This document shows, one piece after another, positions 51,875 through 64,000 of a stretch of 64,000 bases of DNA; positions within the stretch are counted from its first letter, which is position 1; each line of letters opens with the position of its first letter. A program made the translations under genes and the position numbers. This stretch comes from Podospora anserina (lineage: Eukaryota), in assembly GCA_017654855.1 (NCBI GenBank), contig CM030337.1:744001-808000 (forward strand), read 5' to 3'. The notes beneath the pieces are model-generated. The model saw only the letters and a list, made by a program, of their open reading frames with translations. It was not told the origin of the DNA and ran no database searches.

Positions 51875-54800
51875 ATGGGCAAACCAAAAAAACCCAAATC
51901 CGACACCAAATCCCCCGCAGCCAAAGCCCAAGATGATCAAGTCATGGGAGTCCGTCTCCCCCCCCCCCCTCTTTTTTTCCCTCCCTTCTAACCTTTGAGC
52001 CACAGACAAACTCCTCTTCCATCGTATCCAAACGCTCCGTGGAAAAGATCTACTACGCCGGTGAACCGCCCTTCTTCCGGTACTTTGTCTCCAAGTGTCA
52101 ACGGCGCGCTCCGTTGATTAACAGGGGGTATTGGTTACGACTACGAGTGATCGATGTCTTGGTGAGGGACTTCTTAAAGAGACCGCTAAGGGAGGGGAAG
52201 AAGAGAAAGGTGGTTGTTAATTTGGGGGCGGGGAGTGATGTCTTGCCTTGGCAGTGTTGGAGTCGGTATGGGGGTGATTGTGGGGGGGTCAAGTTTGTGG
52301 ATGTTGATTTTTTTGAGTTGATGGAACGGAAGAAGGGGGTCGTGATGGGGGAGGGGGCCTTGAGGGGTTATTTGAGGGGGGGGAGGGTGCCTGAGGGGGA
52401 GAGGGTGGTGGTGGATGGAAAGGAGGTGCTGAGAAAGGGACCGGTGGTGTTGGATAGTGAGGGGTATGCGATGGTGGGGGTTGATCTACGGGATTTGAAA
52501 AGGTTGGAAGAGGCTATGGGGGAGGTGCTTGGGGGGAGGCACTGGAGGGAGGAGTGTGAGTTTGTTTTTGTTGCCGAGGTTAGTATTACTTATATGGAGA
52601 GGGAGGGGGCGGATGGGGTCATAGAGTGGGCGGGCAGGGTGGGGGATGCGGAGTTTGTGTTGCTGGAGCAGATTCTCCCGGATGGGACGGGGCACCCTTT
52701 TGCGAGGACGATGTTGGGGCATTTTGACAAGTTGAATACGCAGTTGAAGTCGGTGGAGGGTTATCCTACGGTTGGGGAGCAACGCAAAAGGTTTGAGGAG
52801 AGGGGGTGGGTGGAGGTGAAGGTCTGGACTTTGTGGGAAGCTTGGGGGGACGAGACGTTCTTGTCCGGGGAGGAGAGGGTGAGGTTGGATGAGGTGGAGG
52901 AGTTTGATGAGTGGGAGGAGTTTGCGCTTTTCGGAAGTCATTACTGTGTTGTGAGGGCGAGGACGGTGGGGGAGAGGGGAGCTAGGCCGGTCGTGCATTC
53001 TGGTGTTGAGATTCCGGTGGGAGCGGTAGAGACGCAGGTTGATGAGACGACGGGCACTCGAGGACAAAGGAGGTTTGCTGCCGCGATGGAAGTTTCTCAA
53101 AAGGGGAAGCAATCGGAGATTGTGAACGTTCTGGGACTGGGGACCAGGAACAGACTGCAATCCTGCGACGTTTTCACTCAGGGCGAGGCAAGCGGACTCG
53201 CATTTGGAGAGGGAGGGCCTTCAAGCAGGATGTGTCACTCCCTTGTGGATATCGGAGACTCTGTTTTGCTTGTTGGAGGCCGCGGCTCACCATCAAGCCC
53301 CCTCAAAGATTGCTGGTTGTACGAGAAGAAGTCGAATGCCTGGAGGCGGACATACGATCTCCCCGTACCGCTCTATCGGCCAGCCGTTATCACTCTCGGA
53401 ACCTCAGGAATGGCTTTGCTCATGAATGGTAGAGGAAAAAGCTCGACATCTGACGGGTGTTTGCTGTATCGGCACGAAAAGGGGTGGGTTGAGTGTGATG
53501 CAAGAGGCGACCCCTTCGCAGCAAGATATGGAGGTGTCATCGGTGTCAAGGGCAGCAATGCGGGTGCCAGTTTCAGCGGTATCTACGCCGGTGGCCTGGT
53601 GGATGCGCTCTTCACAAAAGAGGTGATGTCTTGGGAGCTAGATATCTCAGACATCAGGAAGCCTTTCATCACATTCACCCGTTTACAACCTCGGACGGAT
53701 TCCAACCCAGATGCTTCCAGCTGGCTGGTAGCAAGGTTCGGAGCAACCTGCGTTCAACACGGCAGCGAGTTTATCATTTTGGGCGGAGTGGCTCGAGACC
53801 ATCTCTTGGGCCACAACGACGAGATCGTAACTTTCTCAGTGACAGGCGCAGAGTACAAGATTACTCGCCGCTTGACATCCAATGCGTCGCCTCGTGCCCT
53901 CTACACTGGACACTCAGCCGTGGTAGCAGCTGACGGCAGAATAGTGATTACCGGGGGCGGTGCTACGTGCTTCTCCATGGGCACCTTCTGGAATAAGGGC
54001 GTGTATTCTCTGCGCTTACCAGGCTCTGGCACAACTGGGGCTCTCCCTCACTGGACTCACGACAAGACCGTCGACATCATCCCAGGAGAGCGGAGTCTTC
54101 CCATCCGAACCAAGCTCCAAAACGGAACCTCAAGCATAGCCATCAAGACCATCGAGCATGTTCAACTCAAGACAGCAGATGACTTCGCCAAGGTTGTCCG
54201 GGCAGGCCGTCCGGTGGTGCTGGAAGGCTTGGATCTGGGCAGTTGTGTCGCCTCTTGGAACCTGAAGTACTTGGCGGAAAAGGTTGGCAGCGACCGCAAG
54301 GTATTTTCTCACTATGACTGTCGACATGATATGCGTTAGCTAACGATCCTAGGTTGTCATCCACGAAGCCGCCACTCAAGTAATGGATTTCAATGCCAAG
54401 AACTTCCGATACGTAACAACTGGATTCGCAGACTTGGCACAAAAGATTGAGCAAGGCGGCAGGCTGTATCTGCGGGCACTTTCACAGGAGAAGCCCACAG
54501 AGAAGCCGTCGGTGCTTGAGGAGGACTTTCCGACTTTAAGCGGTGACTTTGTGTTGCCGGAGCAGCTGGCTTTGGTGCGGGAGAATTTGTTTAGCTCGGT
54601 GTTGAGGCTGTCTGGGCCAGTGAATATGTGGCTACATTACGATGTAAGTTGTTTCTCTGATATCAGTAAAACGGTGCGTTAATCATATCAGGTTATGGCA
54701 AATGTATACTGCCAAATAGGGGGTTCCAAAAGACTCATTCTCTTCCCACCCTCAGACGTTGAGCACTTGTCGTTTGCACCCGGTGCTTCCAGCTCTAGCA

Positions 54801-55144
54801 TCGACGTATTTTCGTCTCTTGAGTCGCCGGAGTTAGCACAGACACACCCTCACGAGGCTGTACTGGGCCCTGGCCAGGTCCTCTTCCTGCCCCCGTTGTG
54901 GTTGCACACAGCTACACCAACCTCGGACAAGAGCATCGCGGTCAATGTGTTTTTCAGAGATCTTGACAGCAACTCATATGCTGCCGGTAAAGATGTGTAT
55001 GGGAACCGTGATCTGGCGGCATATGAAAAGGGCAGGCAAGACATCGGTCGCATCGCGAATAGCTTTCAAAAGCTGCCGGCCGAGGCGAGAGAGTTTTATC
55101 TCTTGAGGTTGGCTGATGAGCTGAGGCGGAAGGCAAGGGGTTGA
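51875..55144 (+). CDS. PPM2: tRNA wybutosine-synthesizing protein 4 (PPM2/LCMT2): LCM methyltransferase + Kelch + C-terminal JmjC, about 1037 aa; introns 51950-52005, 54301-54352, 54644-54691
   Basis: TNSSSIVSKRSVE, RRAPLINRGYWLR, NLGAGSD, AEVSITYM, EEFDEWEEF, GGGATCFSMGTFWN; JmjC WLHYD...LPPLWLH. Confidence 0.9.
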
Positions 55145-55779
55145 GTGTAGAAGTTCTAGCTATTGGATAGGGCAGCCAATCAGAGCTCAAGGCTTTTCAT
55201 CGAGTCAGCAAGGCACATGCGTCAAGGGACTGCCCTGACAGGTCCGTTGTGCCCAGGCGGCACACAGCGCAGGATGGAATTGTGCTACCAACTGACGACC
55301 GGGCGTCCAAAAATAACTTGGTATTGTTTGGTCTACTGATGGTGATGGGTTCGAACTGGGAAAAACATACCGGCAGAAGATGAGCATGAGACTGAGACAT
55401 TTTTTCCAGGGCTTGACATTTTCCAAGTGATGCATCTTGTTATCTTATCTCTTACACATCAATGTCACCGTGGGCTGTAGTAGCGGTGGGCCCTGTGGCC
55501 CTTTTAGTCAAAAATCCACAGCGGTTGGTTGGCCAGTGCGTCTTTTTGATGCCCGCCGTGTACCCGGGATTTGCCGGGCCAGTTTTTTTAAGGTCCCTTT
55601 TCCCGAAAGCCCGCCCCGACCTCACTTTTTCCAAAAAAGCTCATCCACTGCCCAAACGACGTCGGAACTCTCCCACAGGTCCCCAATTGTCTCCCGATCT
55701 TTCTTGATTCCTCGCGCCCCCGAGCTTTCAGGACCAAACTCCACTCAATCTTCCACCACTTCTCATCAAAGTCGTCAAG

Positions 55780-56890
55780 ATGGCCACCAAGACCGAGACC
55801 AAGCCCCAGCTGAGCGGCGTTGCCCTCTACTCCAGATTCGCCCTTGCCGGCGCCATCTGCTGCTCCGTTACCCACGGTGCCCTCACCCCCGTCGATGTGT
55901 AGGTCCTCCCAGCACCCTTGCGCCGACGAGATCACCAGGGAATATCGAAAAGCTAACCGCCTCCTCTACAGTGTCAAGACTCGCATCCAGCTCGACCCCG
56001 CTACCTACAACAGGGGCATGATCGGTGGCTTCAAGCAGGTCATCAAGAATGAGGGTGCTGGTGCCCTCCTCACTGGTGTCGGCCCTACCTTCGCCGGTTA
56101 CTTCCTCCAGGGCTCCCTCAAGTTCGGTGGTTACGAGCTGTTCAAGCAGCAGGCCATCAACTATCTCGGCTACGAGAACGCCTCCAAGTACCGCACCGGT
56201 GTCTACCTCGCCTCTTCCGCCATGGCCGAGTTCTTCGCCGATATTGCCCTCTGCCCTCTTGAGGCCACCCGTATCCGTCTCGTCTCCCAGCCCACCTATG
56301 CCTCCGGCCTCATCGGCGGCTTCGGCAAGATGCTCAAGAACGAGGGTGTTGGTGCCTTCTACGCCGGTTTCGGTCCCATTCTGTTCAAGCAGTATGTTTT
56401 TTTTTTGGCCTCTCCTGAATAGGACCCCAGAAATTGACAATTCTCTAGGATCCCCTACACCATGGCCAAGTTCGTTGTCTACGAGAAGGTCGCCGAGGCT
56501 GTCTACCAGGTCTTCCCCAAGAAGGACATGGCCGACAGCATGCAGACTGTTGTCAACCTCGGCTCCGGTCTCGTTGCCGGTTTCGCCGCTGCCATCGTCT
56601 CTCAGCCCGCCGACACCATGTTGAGCAAGATCAACAAGACCCCCGGCGCCCCCGGGGAGGGCACCACCACCCGCCTCATCAAGATCGCCAAGGAGCTCGG
56701 CCTCAAGGGCTCCTACACCGGCATCGGCGCCCGTCTCTTCATGGTCGGCACCCTTACCGCTTTCCAGTTCGCCATCTACGGTGACATCAAGAAGGCTCTT
56801 GGTATGTTTTCTTTTCCTGGTCGATTTGGATAACAAGTGCTGACTTTATCTGCAACAGGTGCCACTGGCGGTGTCGAGATCGGCAAATAA
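55780..56890 (+). CDS. MIR1: Mitochondrial phosphate carrier, about 307 aa; introns 55899-55971, 56392-56448, 56802-56858
   Basis: [54 protein letters not shown] and [10 protein letters not shown] carrier motifs. Confidence 0.95.
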
Positions 56891-57811
56891 GCGACTTAAC
56901 ATAGTCAATGCCGATGTAGTCCAACAAAAGTGGTGATGGAACCACAGAGACTTCCACATGTCGTCTCTGCGGCTTAATCCCCGCTTTTGTGGAGCAGGGA
57001 GGTTGGAGGGGTTATGATGGTGGAGATTTTGGGGGGAAGTTGGAGAGAAATTTCGACGGCTGCTGTTGTTACGACCTGAATGACAGCGACACAAACCAAA
57101 AAAACGACCAACAACAGGCAGGGTGCCTTTCGGGGGCATCAACGAAAAAACTGCGCGGCATCTTGCACAAATGTTGCTCGCTTTGAGGGAAAAGGTGTTT
57201 TTATTTCCCCGGTCTTTGTTTGCATTTCCGGGATTTTGAAGCGCCTCTTCGCTATATCTTTTCTTTTGTTGTGTGTATGGCTATAATACTCTAAATGGGC
57301 AGGGATTTGGGAATTGTCTTTTTTTTTTTTTTGGTCTTGGGCGATTAAAAAAAAAGTGGTGTGCTTTCAAGAGAACTATAGAGCGATTAGATCGGAGAGA
57401 GCAACTTTTTGTCTGGGAGACAAATAGAAAGAAAGAAAGAGCAAAGACGCTTATTCCTGTGCCTAGGTGGAGTGTTGGTTAGATGTGTATAATAGTTGAG
57501 ATTTGAGGGAATGGTGGAGGTTTTTTTTTTTTTGGATGATTTGTTGATCTTTGGTGTTGTACGTAAGTGAGTGTTGGTGCTGGATAGGGAAGTGGTTGAC
57601 TAATGCCCCCTTTACCCCTGAAGGCTTGGGAACGGTTGAGAGGACAATATTTGCTCTGGGTACATGACCCGAAGGCCGGGCAATTCCGAATAGACAATTA
57701 AGTCAGTCCCTCCATGAAACCTAACGAGAAATCCAAAAGTGTATATTCAGACGAACATACGTGGGGTATCATCTCTTCTATATCTTTCACCTTCCACACA
57801 CACTACATCCG

Positions 57812-59908
57812 TTAATCGTCAAACCCGCCAAACTCCTCCTCATCACTGTCCTCCTCTCCCACCACCATCTTCTTTTTCGTCATCACCCCACCACCACTAC
57901 CACCACCCTTCCCAAAAGCCCCAAACGTCTTCCCGTCCCCCCCCAACACCCTCTCCTTCCTCCTCTCCTCCGCCTCTTGCCTAGCCTTCTCCTCATTCTG
58001 TTTCCTCACAAGCTCAATCATATCTTCCAGCTTCATGTGCTCCTCCCTTTCCCGTTCCGTCATCTTGCTCGCCCTCTCCGCCTCTTTCCTCTTCCTCTTC
58101 TTTTCTCTCCTCGCCACCTTTAGCTCCTCCGCATCCTGCTTCTCACTCCAAGCCTCGTTCGTCTTCCTCTTTTGCCCCGCCCGCTCCCCATTTTCCTGTT
58201 GGCTAGCCACCCTAGCCGCCTTTTCCTTTTTCCATTTTTCCAGTTCTTCCAATCTCTTCTCTTCGCGGAGTTTGTCCTTGAACGGAATGGCTTCCACGTC
58301 TATGCCCAGGCCGAGGGAGCGGTCAATGTTTTTGCCCTTGATCTCCGGCATCTTGGGGAGTTCAACCAGCCCGTAGCCGTGGGCTAGGTCCACCCAGTCC
58401 AGGTCAGAAATGCGAAAGATGGAAGAGGCTTGGTGTTCAATGTAGCTTCGCGCCCACGAAACAAACGCCCTCTGAGCGAGCTGGTACACTTCCCTGTCCG
58501 TGATGGCTTGTTTCCTTACTTTTGTCGAGATCTCCTTGGCTTTCTCTTCAGAAAGAACAATTTCGGGTCTTTCCAACGGTGTGCATGGCGTTTGTCTCAC
58601 TTCCAGCAGTTGGAGATAACCTTCCTCACGACCTGGTTGGAGCAACACCACCGCCAAACCGCGACGTCCGGCGCGACCGGCACGGCCGCAGCGGTGGATG
58701 AACACCTTTGTGTCTGTCGGTGGGTCATGCTGGACTACCAAGTCGACTTGTGGAATGTCCAGACCGCGGGCGGCGATGTCGGTGGTCAAGAGGATGGATG
58801 GGGAGGTCGAGTTGACGAAGCGCTCAAAGTTCTTTTCGCGGACTTGGGGCTCGAGTTTGCCGTGGAGTGAGACAATGCTGAAGCCTTCTGGGAGAACGCC
58901 GTGGAGGACCTTGGCAAAGTATTTTACCGCGAAGCAGGTAGAGAAAAAGACGATGGATCGTGCCGGGCGGGGGTTGAGTTTTTCGAGGATCTGGCAGAGC
59001 GCCGGGATTTTTTGACTGGCGGGGGTGATGAGGTACGACATTTGGAGGGACATTGGGGTCTTGCGCTCTTGGATTTCGCCGCCGTCTCTGAGGTTTCGTA
59101 CCCGGACGGTGATGCGGTGGGGGTATAGTAAGCCGACTGTGACGAGGCGCTCTACGGCGTCGCTGAGGGAGGCGCTGAACAAGCCTGTGCGGCGCTGCTT
59201 GGGGAGGTAGCCGAGGATGCGGTTGAGTTCTTGGGAGAAACCAAGGTCCAGCAAACGGTCGGCTTCGTCCATGACGAGGACTTCAAAGGTGGAGGCGGGG
59301 GCCTTGACATAAGGGGAGGCGAGGAGCTCGGCGAGTCGGCCGGGTGTGCCGATGAGAAGGTTTGGTGATAACCTCAGGAATGCGCTTAGGTCTTCGGCCG
59401 CTTTTGTCGTTCCTCCCACCAGAAGCTGGGGGTAGACGACCGGTTCGGATGTGATGGTTCGCTTCTCGTCTCGGTCATGTTGCAGCTGCTCGGCCGACTG
59501 AGGGTGGAACTTGATGAGGCTGACGCAAACGTTGTAGATCTGTTGCGCCAGCTCGCGGGTGGGCGCAATGATGATGCCTTGGACATGGTGCCTCTTGGCT
59601 GCTTCGTCTCCGCGCAAGAGTTTCTAGACACATTTATGTCAACACAGTGAATCAATGGTAATTGCGATGGTAGGTTTCCGTACCTCGACCACTGGAATCA
59701 AATAAGCCAGCGTCTTGCCACTACCGGTGACAGCTTCCACGACGACATCCTTGTTCCCCCTGAAAAGATCGAGTGTCGACTTCTGCACTGGCGTCGGCTG
59801 CTCGAAGCCAGACGTCTGAAGATAGTCGAGGATCCATGGAGGGAGACTCTGGTTCAACGAATCCCAAGTCCTGGGGGTCTTTTTGACGCGTGGTTGAACT
59901 GGCGCCAT
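57812..59908 (-). CDS. SPB4: DEAD-box rRNA helicase Spb4, about 678 aa; intron 59624-59683
   Basis: [52 protein letters not shown]; Spb4-type C-terminus (EHQASSIFR...LPKMPE). Confidence 0.93.
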
Positions 59909-60036
59909 CTGAAGGGTCTTGCGATTGTCGGATTTGAATACAAAAGGACAGCCCCTCTATTCGTCTGCTTGTCGCACAATTGACATGCCGCTTGAAGCCT
60001 CCAAAAAAAATGTCGGGGATCAGTTCGATAGCAGAG

Positions 60037-60059
60037 GGCTTATCAGCTTATCGATAAGC
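60037..60059. promoter_or_regulatory. Perfect 14-bp palindrome GCTTATCGATAAGC plus adjacent GGCTTATC half-site in the SPB4 promoter
   Basis: Palindrome at 60046-60059, about 140 bp upstream of the SPB4 ATG. Confidence 0.5.
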
Positions 60060-61069
60060 CCAGCTGGACTTGGCAGACCGGGTCACCCTTGTGATTCAAA
60101 GCACGGGCCATATGTGAGCACATGAGCAAAATGACATTGGGGGTTCTGGTTGATGATGTCGTCAGTGGTGGGCCAAGGCTTGCCGTGTTTCTGATGTCGA
60201 CGTGGCTTTTAGTTTCTTTTTCAATTGTGAAGCAATCAGCCCGGGAAATGGGCGAATTTGGAGGGACGGAGGACGGGACAGGTGACCCATGGTGGGATGC
60301 CATCTGAACTCGTAAAAAAATATCAGTTGTTGTGTGCATAATTACAGGCGGTAACGTCATTCCTTGTAGGCGGGACTGGCAGAATGTGGAGGGCCGCTGG
60401 AGCTGGCCGCGACTTGGATGTGAGGCACCGTTGAGCACACAAAAAACAGCTCTCCTCGCAACAACTCTTTTTTAGGAGTACGAAGTATCAAAACGGGGAT
60501 TTATCCTGTCTCTTCTCAGGAACATCAAGCCAAAATTTGCAGAGGGTCAGAGAGTCACAGACACTGACACTAATAGTGAGCGACATTGAACCCATCTTAA
60601 ATCAAGTGTCACATGCAACGCTGAGGCCTCAAAGCACCCCGGTCAGCCCGCTGGCCGCTGCGTCTTCCCTCCCGCACCAGCCGAAATTTCTTCGCTCTTC
60701 CTCCCAGCACCGCGCTCCAAGCCCGCCGCACCGCACTGCCCAACGGGAAACGGGATCCAAGAACGCACCGATTCGACTCTCCCCCTGGACCACCGGGATT
60801 CGACCCTTTCGCACCAGCCATGCGGCGGAGTACTCACACTCCACCGCATCAACCCAAACACCACACTGGATTCCACAGAAAAAGTTCAAGCCTTCTTTCG
60901 ATACCACCAGGCCGTCTTTAATGCCCTAGCCCCCGCCCCTATCTCGCCCAACGACCCGAGAAAGGACTGCTTCCTTCCCACCTCCCTCTGGCCGCTGCAG
61001 CTCTCCCGTCTCCCACGCATCGTCAAAGGTTGTGTCGCACTGCCAGCCCTACCACCATTTCCCTACGAC

Positions 61070-62281
61070 ATGTCTGGCCGAACAAAGCAAGCCATCCCAT
61101 CTACCCCGCGCGTCATATCGCCGAGTCCGACGCCGTCAGAGCAGGATGGAACCGGCCAGGATGGATACAGCGGGCCGATGACTCGGTCGGCGGCGAGGAG
61201 GAGGCTGGCGACGCCACTACCAGTAGAGGAGGATATCGAGGAGGACGAGAGCCCAGAACTCTCAAGGGCCCGGACGCGAAGCCGCAGCCCGATCGACACG
61301 CGAAAGGTGGCCCAACTAAGCCCAAGGAAAACTTCAAGGATGGCATCCAGCACTCTCAAGCCGATCGCGGCGACGGCGGCGACGACGACAGCCATCGCAA
61401 CGCCCAACGGGAGCACGGGCGAAAAAGCACCAGAAACAAACGGGCACCTCTCCCCGCCCACACCATCACTTTATTATGGATGGAGCTGGCGGGACTTTAG
61501 CCGAAGTCCCAGCCCACTCGGTCTGATTCCCATCCACAGGCACTGGAGGACGTTTGTGCACAAGCACGAGGTACCCCGGAAGGCCCTGCACGTATCCATC
61601 GGCTTCTTCGTCGTATGGCTCTACCTCTCGGGGACACAAACTTATTCTGTGTGCCCCTACCTCATGGGTGCCTTGATACCCATCGCCGCCGTGGATGTGG
61701 TGCGCCATCACTACCAGCCATTCAACCGGTTTTATGTCAAGGTCCTGGGCGCCCTGATGCGCGAGAGCGAGTTTTCCGGTTACAACGGTGTTATCTTCTA
61801 CCTCTTGGGTGCGTGGACGGCCCTGTACTTTTTCCCCAAGGATGTCGGAGTTATGGCCACGCTGCTGCTGAGCTGGTGTGATACGGCCGCAAGCACCTTT
61901 GGCAGGCTGTATGGGCGGTACACCCCCCGTCTCCGCCGCGGCAAGTCCCTTGCTGGCTCTTCGGCTGCGTTCCTTGTCGGCGTCGGGACGGCTGTGTACT
62001 TCTGGGGGTGGCTCGCCCCGACCAAGGGACCCTTCCCGGGAGATGAGAACTTTATGTTTACGGGAACTCTCCGTCTCCCTCAACTCTTGGCGGATGCTGT
62101 GGGCCTGGCCCCGGCGAAGGCGACTATTTCTGGAGGGCTTGCGCTTGGTGTCATGAGTCTGTGGTCTGGGTTTGTGGCTGCGGCTAGCGAGGTGGTTGAC
62201 CTCTTTGGCTGGGACGATAATCTGACCATCCCGGTTCTCAGCGGTCTCGGAATTTGGGGGTTTCTCAAGGTGTTTGGTTAA
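61070..62281 (+). CDS. DGK1: CTP-dependent diacylglycerol kinase (cytidylyltransferase family), 403 aa
   Basis: HEVPRKALHVSIG, GALMRESE, LLLSWCDTAASTFGRLYG, GKSLAGS and DDNLTIPV motifs. Confidence 0.92.
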   Translation: MSGRTKQAIPSTPRVISPSPTPSEQDGTGQDGYSGPMTRSAARRRLATPLPVEEDIEEDESPELSRARTRSRSPIDTRKVAQLSPRKTSRMASSTLKPIAATAATTTAIATPNGSTGEKAPETNGHLSPPTPSLYYGWSWRDFSRSPSPLGLIPIHRHWRTFVHKHEVPRKALHVSIGFFVVWLYLSGTQTYSVCPYLMGALIPIAAVDVVRHHYQPFNRFYVKVLGALMRESEFSGYNGVIFYLLGAWTALYFFPKDVGVMATLLLSWCDTAASTFGRLYGRYTPRLRRGKSLAGSSAAFLVGVGTAVYFWGWLAPTKGPFPGDENFMFTGTLRLPQLLADAVGLAPAKATISGGLALGVMSLWSGFVAAASEVVDLFGWDDNLTIPVLSGLGIWGFLKVFG

Positions 62282-64000
62282 AGCGAGGCGTGGTTGTCAG
62301 GGTTTCAACACGAGAAGACGACAGAAAAAAGAAATCTGGCCGGCGGCGGCAGCGAATGCGGCCCGGTTGGATGTGTATGTTTATTAAATTGCATGGACGG
62401 CGTTGCTTGGGGTTGGGTGGTTTATTGACCCCAAAGGATACCTACGTAGACGTCACCTCGAATCTCTTATCTCATTCAACATACATATTTCTCTACCTAC
62501 TACCTATGGATTCCATCGGAACATTCGAATATCGAAAAGTGTACACTCGCTCTATGGCACAGCTATTCAGGCCCTACATCAACCCCGCGGTGGGGGAGCA
62601 CTTATGATGCCATGATATATGCTTTGGAATGAGGGGGCATTTGGAGAAGGCGCATGGGTTTTGTTGGCTCTGCAGCTGCCACGCAGCTTGACTGTATGTC
62701 TTGCATCGGCTTACACGCGGGGATCATGTTCAGAGAAGGGGGCCCTCCGTCCGTCTCTCTCCTCTTCGTGTTGCGCCTTTCGATAATCTCCAGAGGCTGT
62801 CACGGCAGGTGGTTTGTCCCACGAACGGTTCCTTCGATTGCATCAACCACTTTTGATGATTCGCCCATCCTTCTCTGACAAAAGCCCTAGCCGCATGCTC
62901 GACACGAACACCTGGTTGCGCCAAGCCTTTTTTTTTCTCCATGCATATTCAAGGTACTCTGAAGATATGACTCCCGAACGAACGAACGAGCCACCTCTTG
63001 GACTTCCATGTCATGTCTATCGGCTGCTGAAAAGAGGGGACTGACTGATGGAGAAGGGAATCCGACTGTGGCTGCCATGGTTTTTCGTCTGTCCTATGAA
63101 ATCGTGCCCAGTCATCAAGGGCTCGGCACCGGCGCAACGCACGTCTGCGTTTGACTGCATGCCGGTCCAATTTCCTACTCTGAGAGTTACATTCTCTCCG
63201 CTAAATCCCACTGGATTTTCTCGAACAATTCCCAGTGGATCGAGAAGACCATTGAATTGGTGCGGTACCACACCCACGGCCGGACGTGCGGCAGGACGTC
63301 TCCTCCCTTGATGCGTTGTCCCCCTTCCTCAGCATAACATGCTGCTACTGCTGCTGTCTTTCCCGAGCTCCTGCATCGAGGATTGGCGTTTCATTCGAAA
63401 CTGTTGAAGAATACCTCCGGCCTCGTTCCTCTTTACCGATCCTCAAAGCCAACGCCTACACAGCCTGGCTGTTGACTGGCTCATTCTGACTCAATACTTG
63501 GCGATATCTCCCGTGCATTTGGTGGTTCTGCCTGGCCGTTTTTCCAACTGGAGGAGATGGAGAAAAACGCCAACTGGCTAGCCTCGAGACGTCCAGTCAG
63601 ACCTGCAGGAACAGCACTCGTTATTAGCTCACCAACCATCCATCCCATCCACAGCGGGCCCAGGCTGGCGGGTTCTCTCGCTCTCACGCTCTCGTCAGTG
63701 GTTGAAGCTCTGTCCCACAAGAATTCGGCCATTGGGTCGGCTCGAAGAAGAAGAAACAGCCGGCAAGCCGTTATTTGTCTCGCATGGAGAGGAAGTCATG
63801 CCGCTCCTTTCCGGCCTTCTACCCGGCAGCTGCTATATGCCGTTATCCTAGGTGCTTCTTGGACAAACCAGAGGTGTAGCGGTCTAGGGGATTTGCGAGT
63901 GACTTGGCCTGTCGGGTGGGATGATGTCTGGATAACAACAGCTGCTGACTTGCTACCGAGCCGGGGCTTTGAGGTAGCGAGTGGCCACTTGCCTGGTCCA

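Overview
Eukaryotic genomic DNA from a filamentous ascomycete. Short ~50-100 nt GT-AG introns with CTAAC/CTGAC branch sites, RIP-mutated repeats and overall gene style suggest Sordariales, probably Podospora or a close relative (inference). About 16 protein-coding genes can be modelled by hand: a Tbf1-like Myb protein with a long polyQ tail, aldehyde dehydrogenase, two MFS transporters, a 127-aa Cys4 protein of unknown function, PRP43, PRMT5/Skb1, SmF, a single-pass membrane protein, a histidine-phosphatase-fold membrane protein, a small secreted protein, stomatin, a TYW4/PPM2-Kelch-JmjC fusion, the mitochondrial phosphate carrier, SPB4 and DGK1. There is also an intron-containing tRNA-Asp(GTC). 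An accessory or decay island at about 15.8-22 kb holds a frameshifted amidase, a full-length Fot1/pogo transposon with TIRs, TA duplication and mosaic RIP, and RIP-hit remnants of unknown genes. Best leads: a contiguous PRP43-PRMT5-SmF spliceosome/snRNP trio, the isolated Cys4 micro-gene in a ~7.8 kb gene desert, a likely catalytically dead phosphatase-fold membrane protein, and a recurrent C-rich 5' to G-rich 3' switch inside genes. No clearly new biological system can be established from the sequence alone. All gene models were derived by eye.
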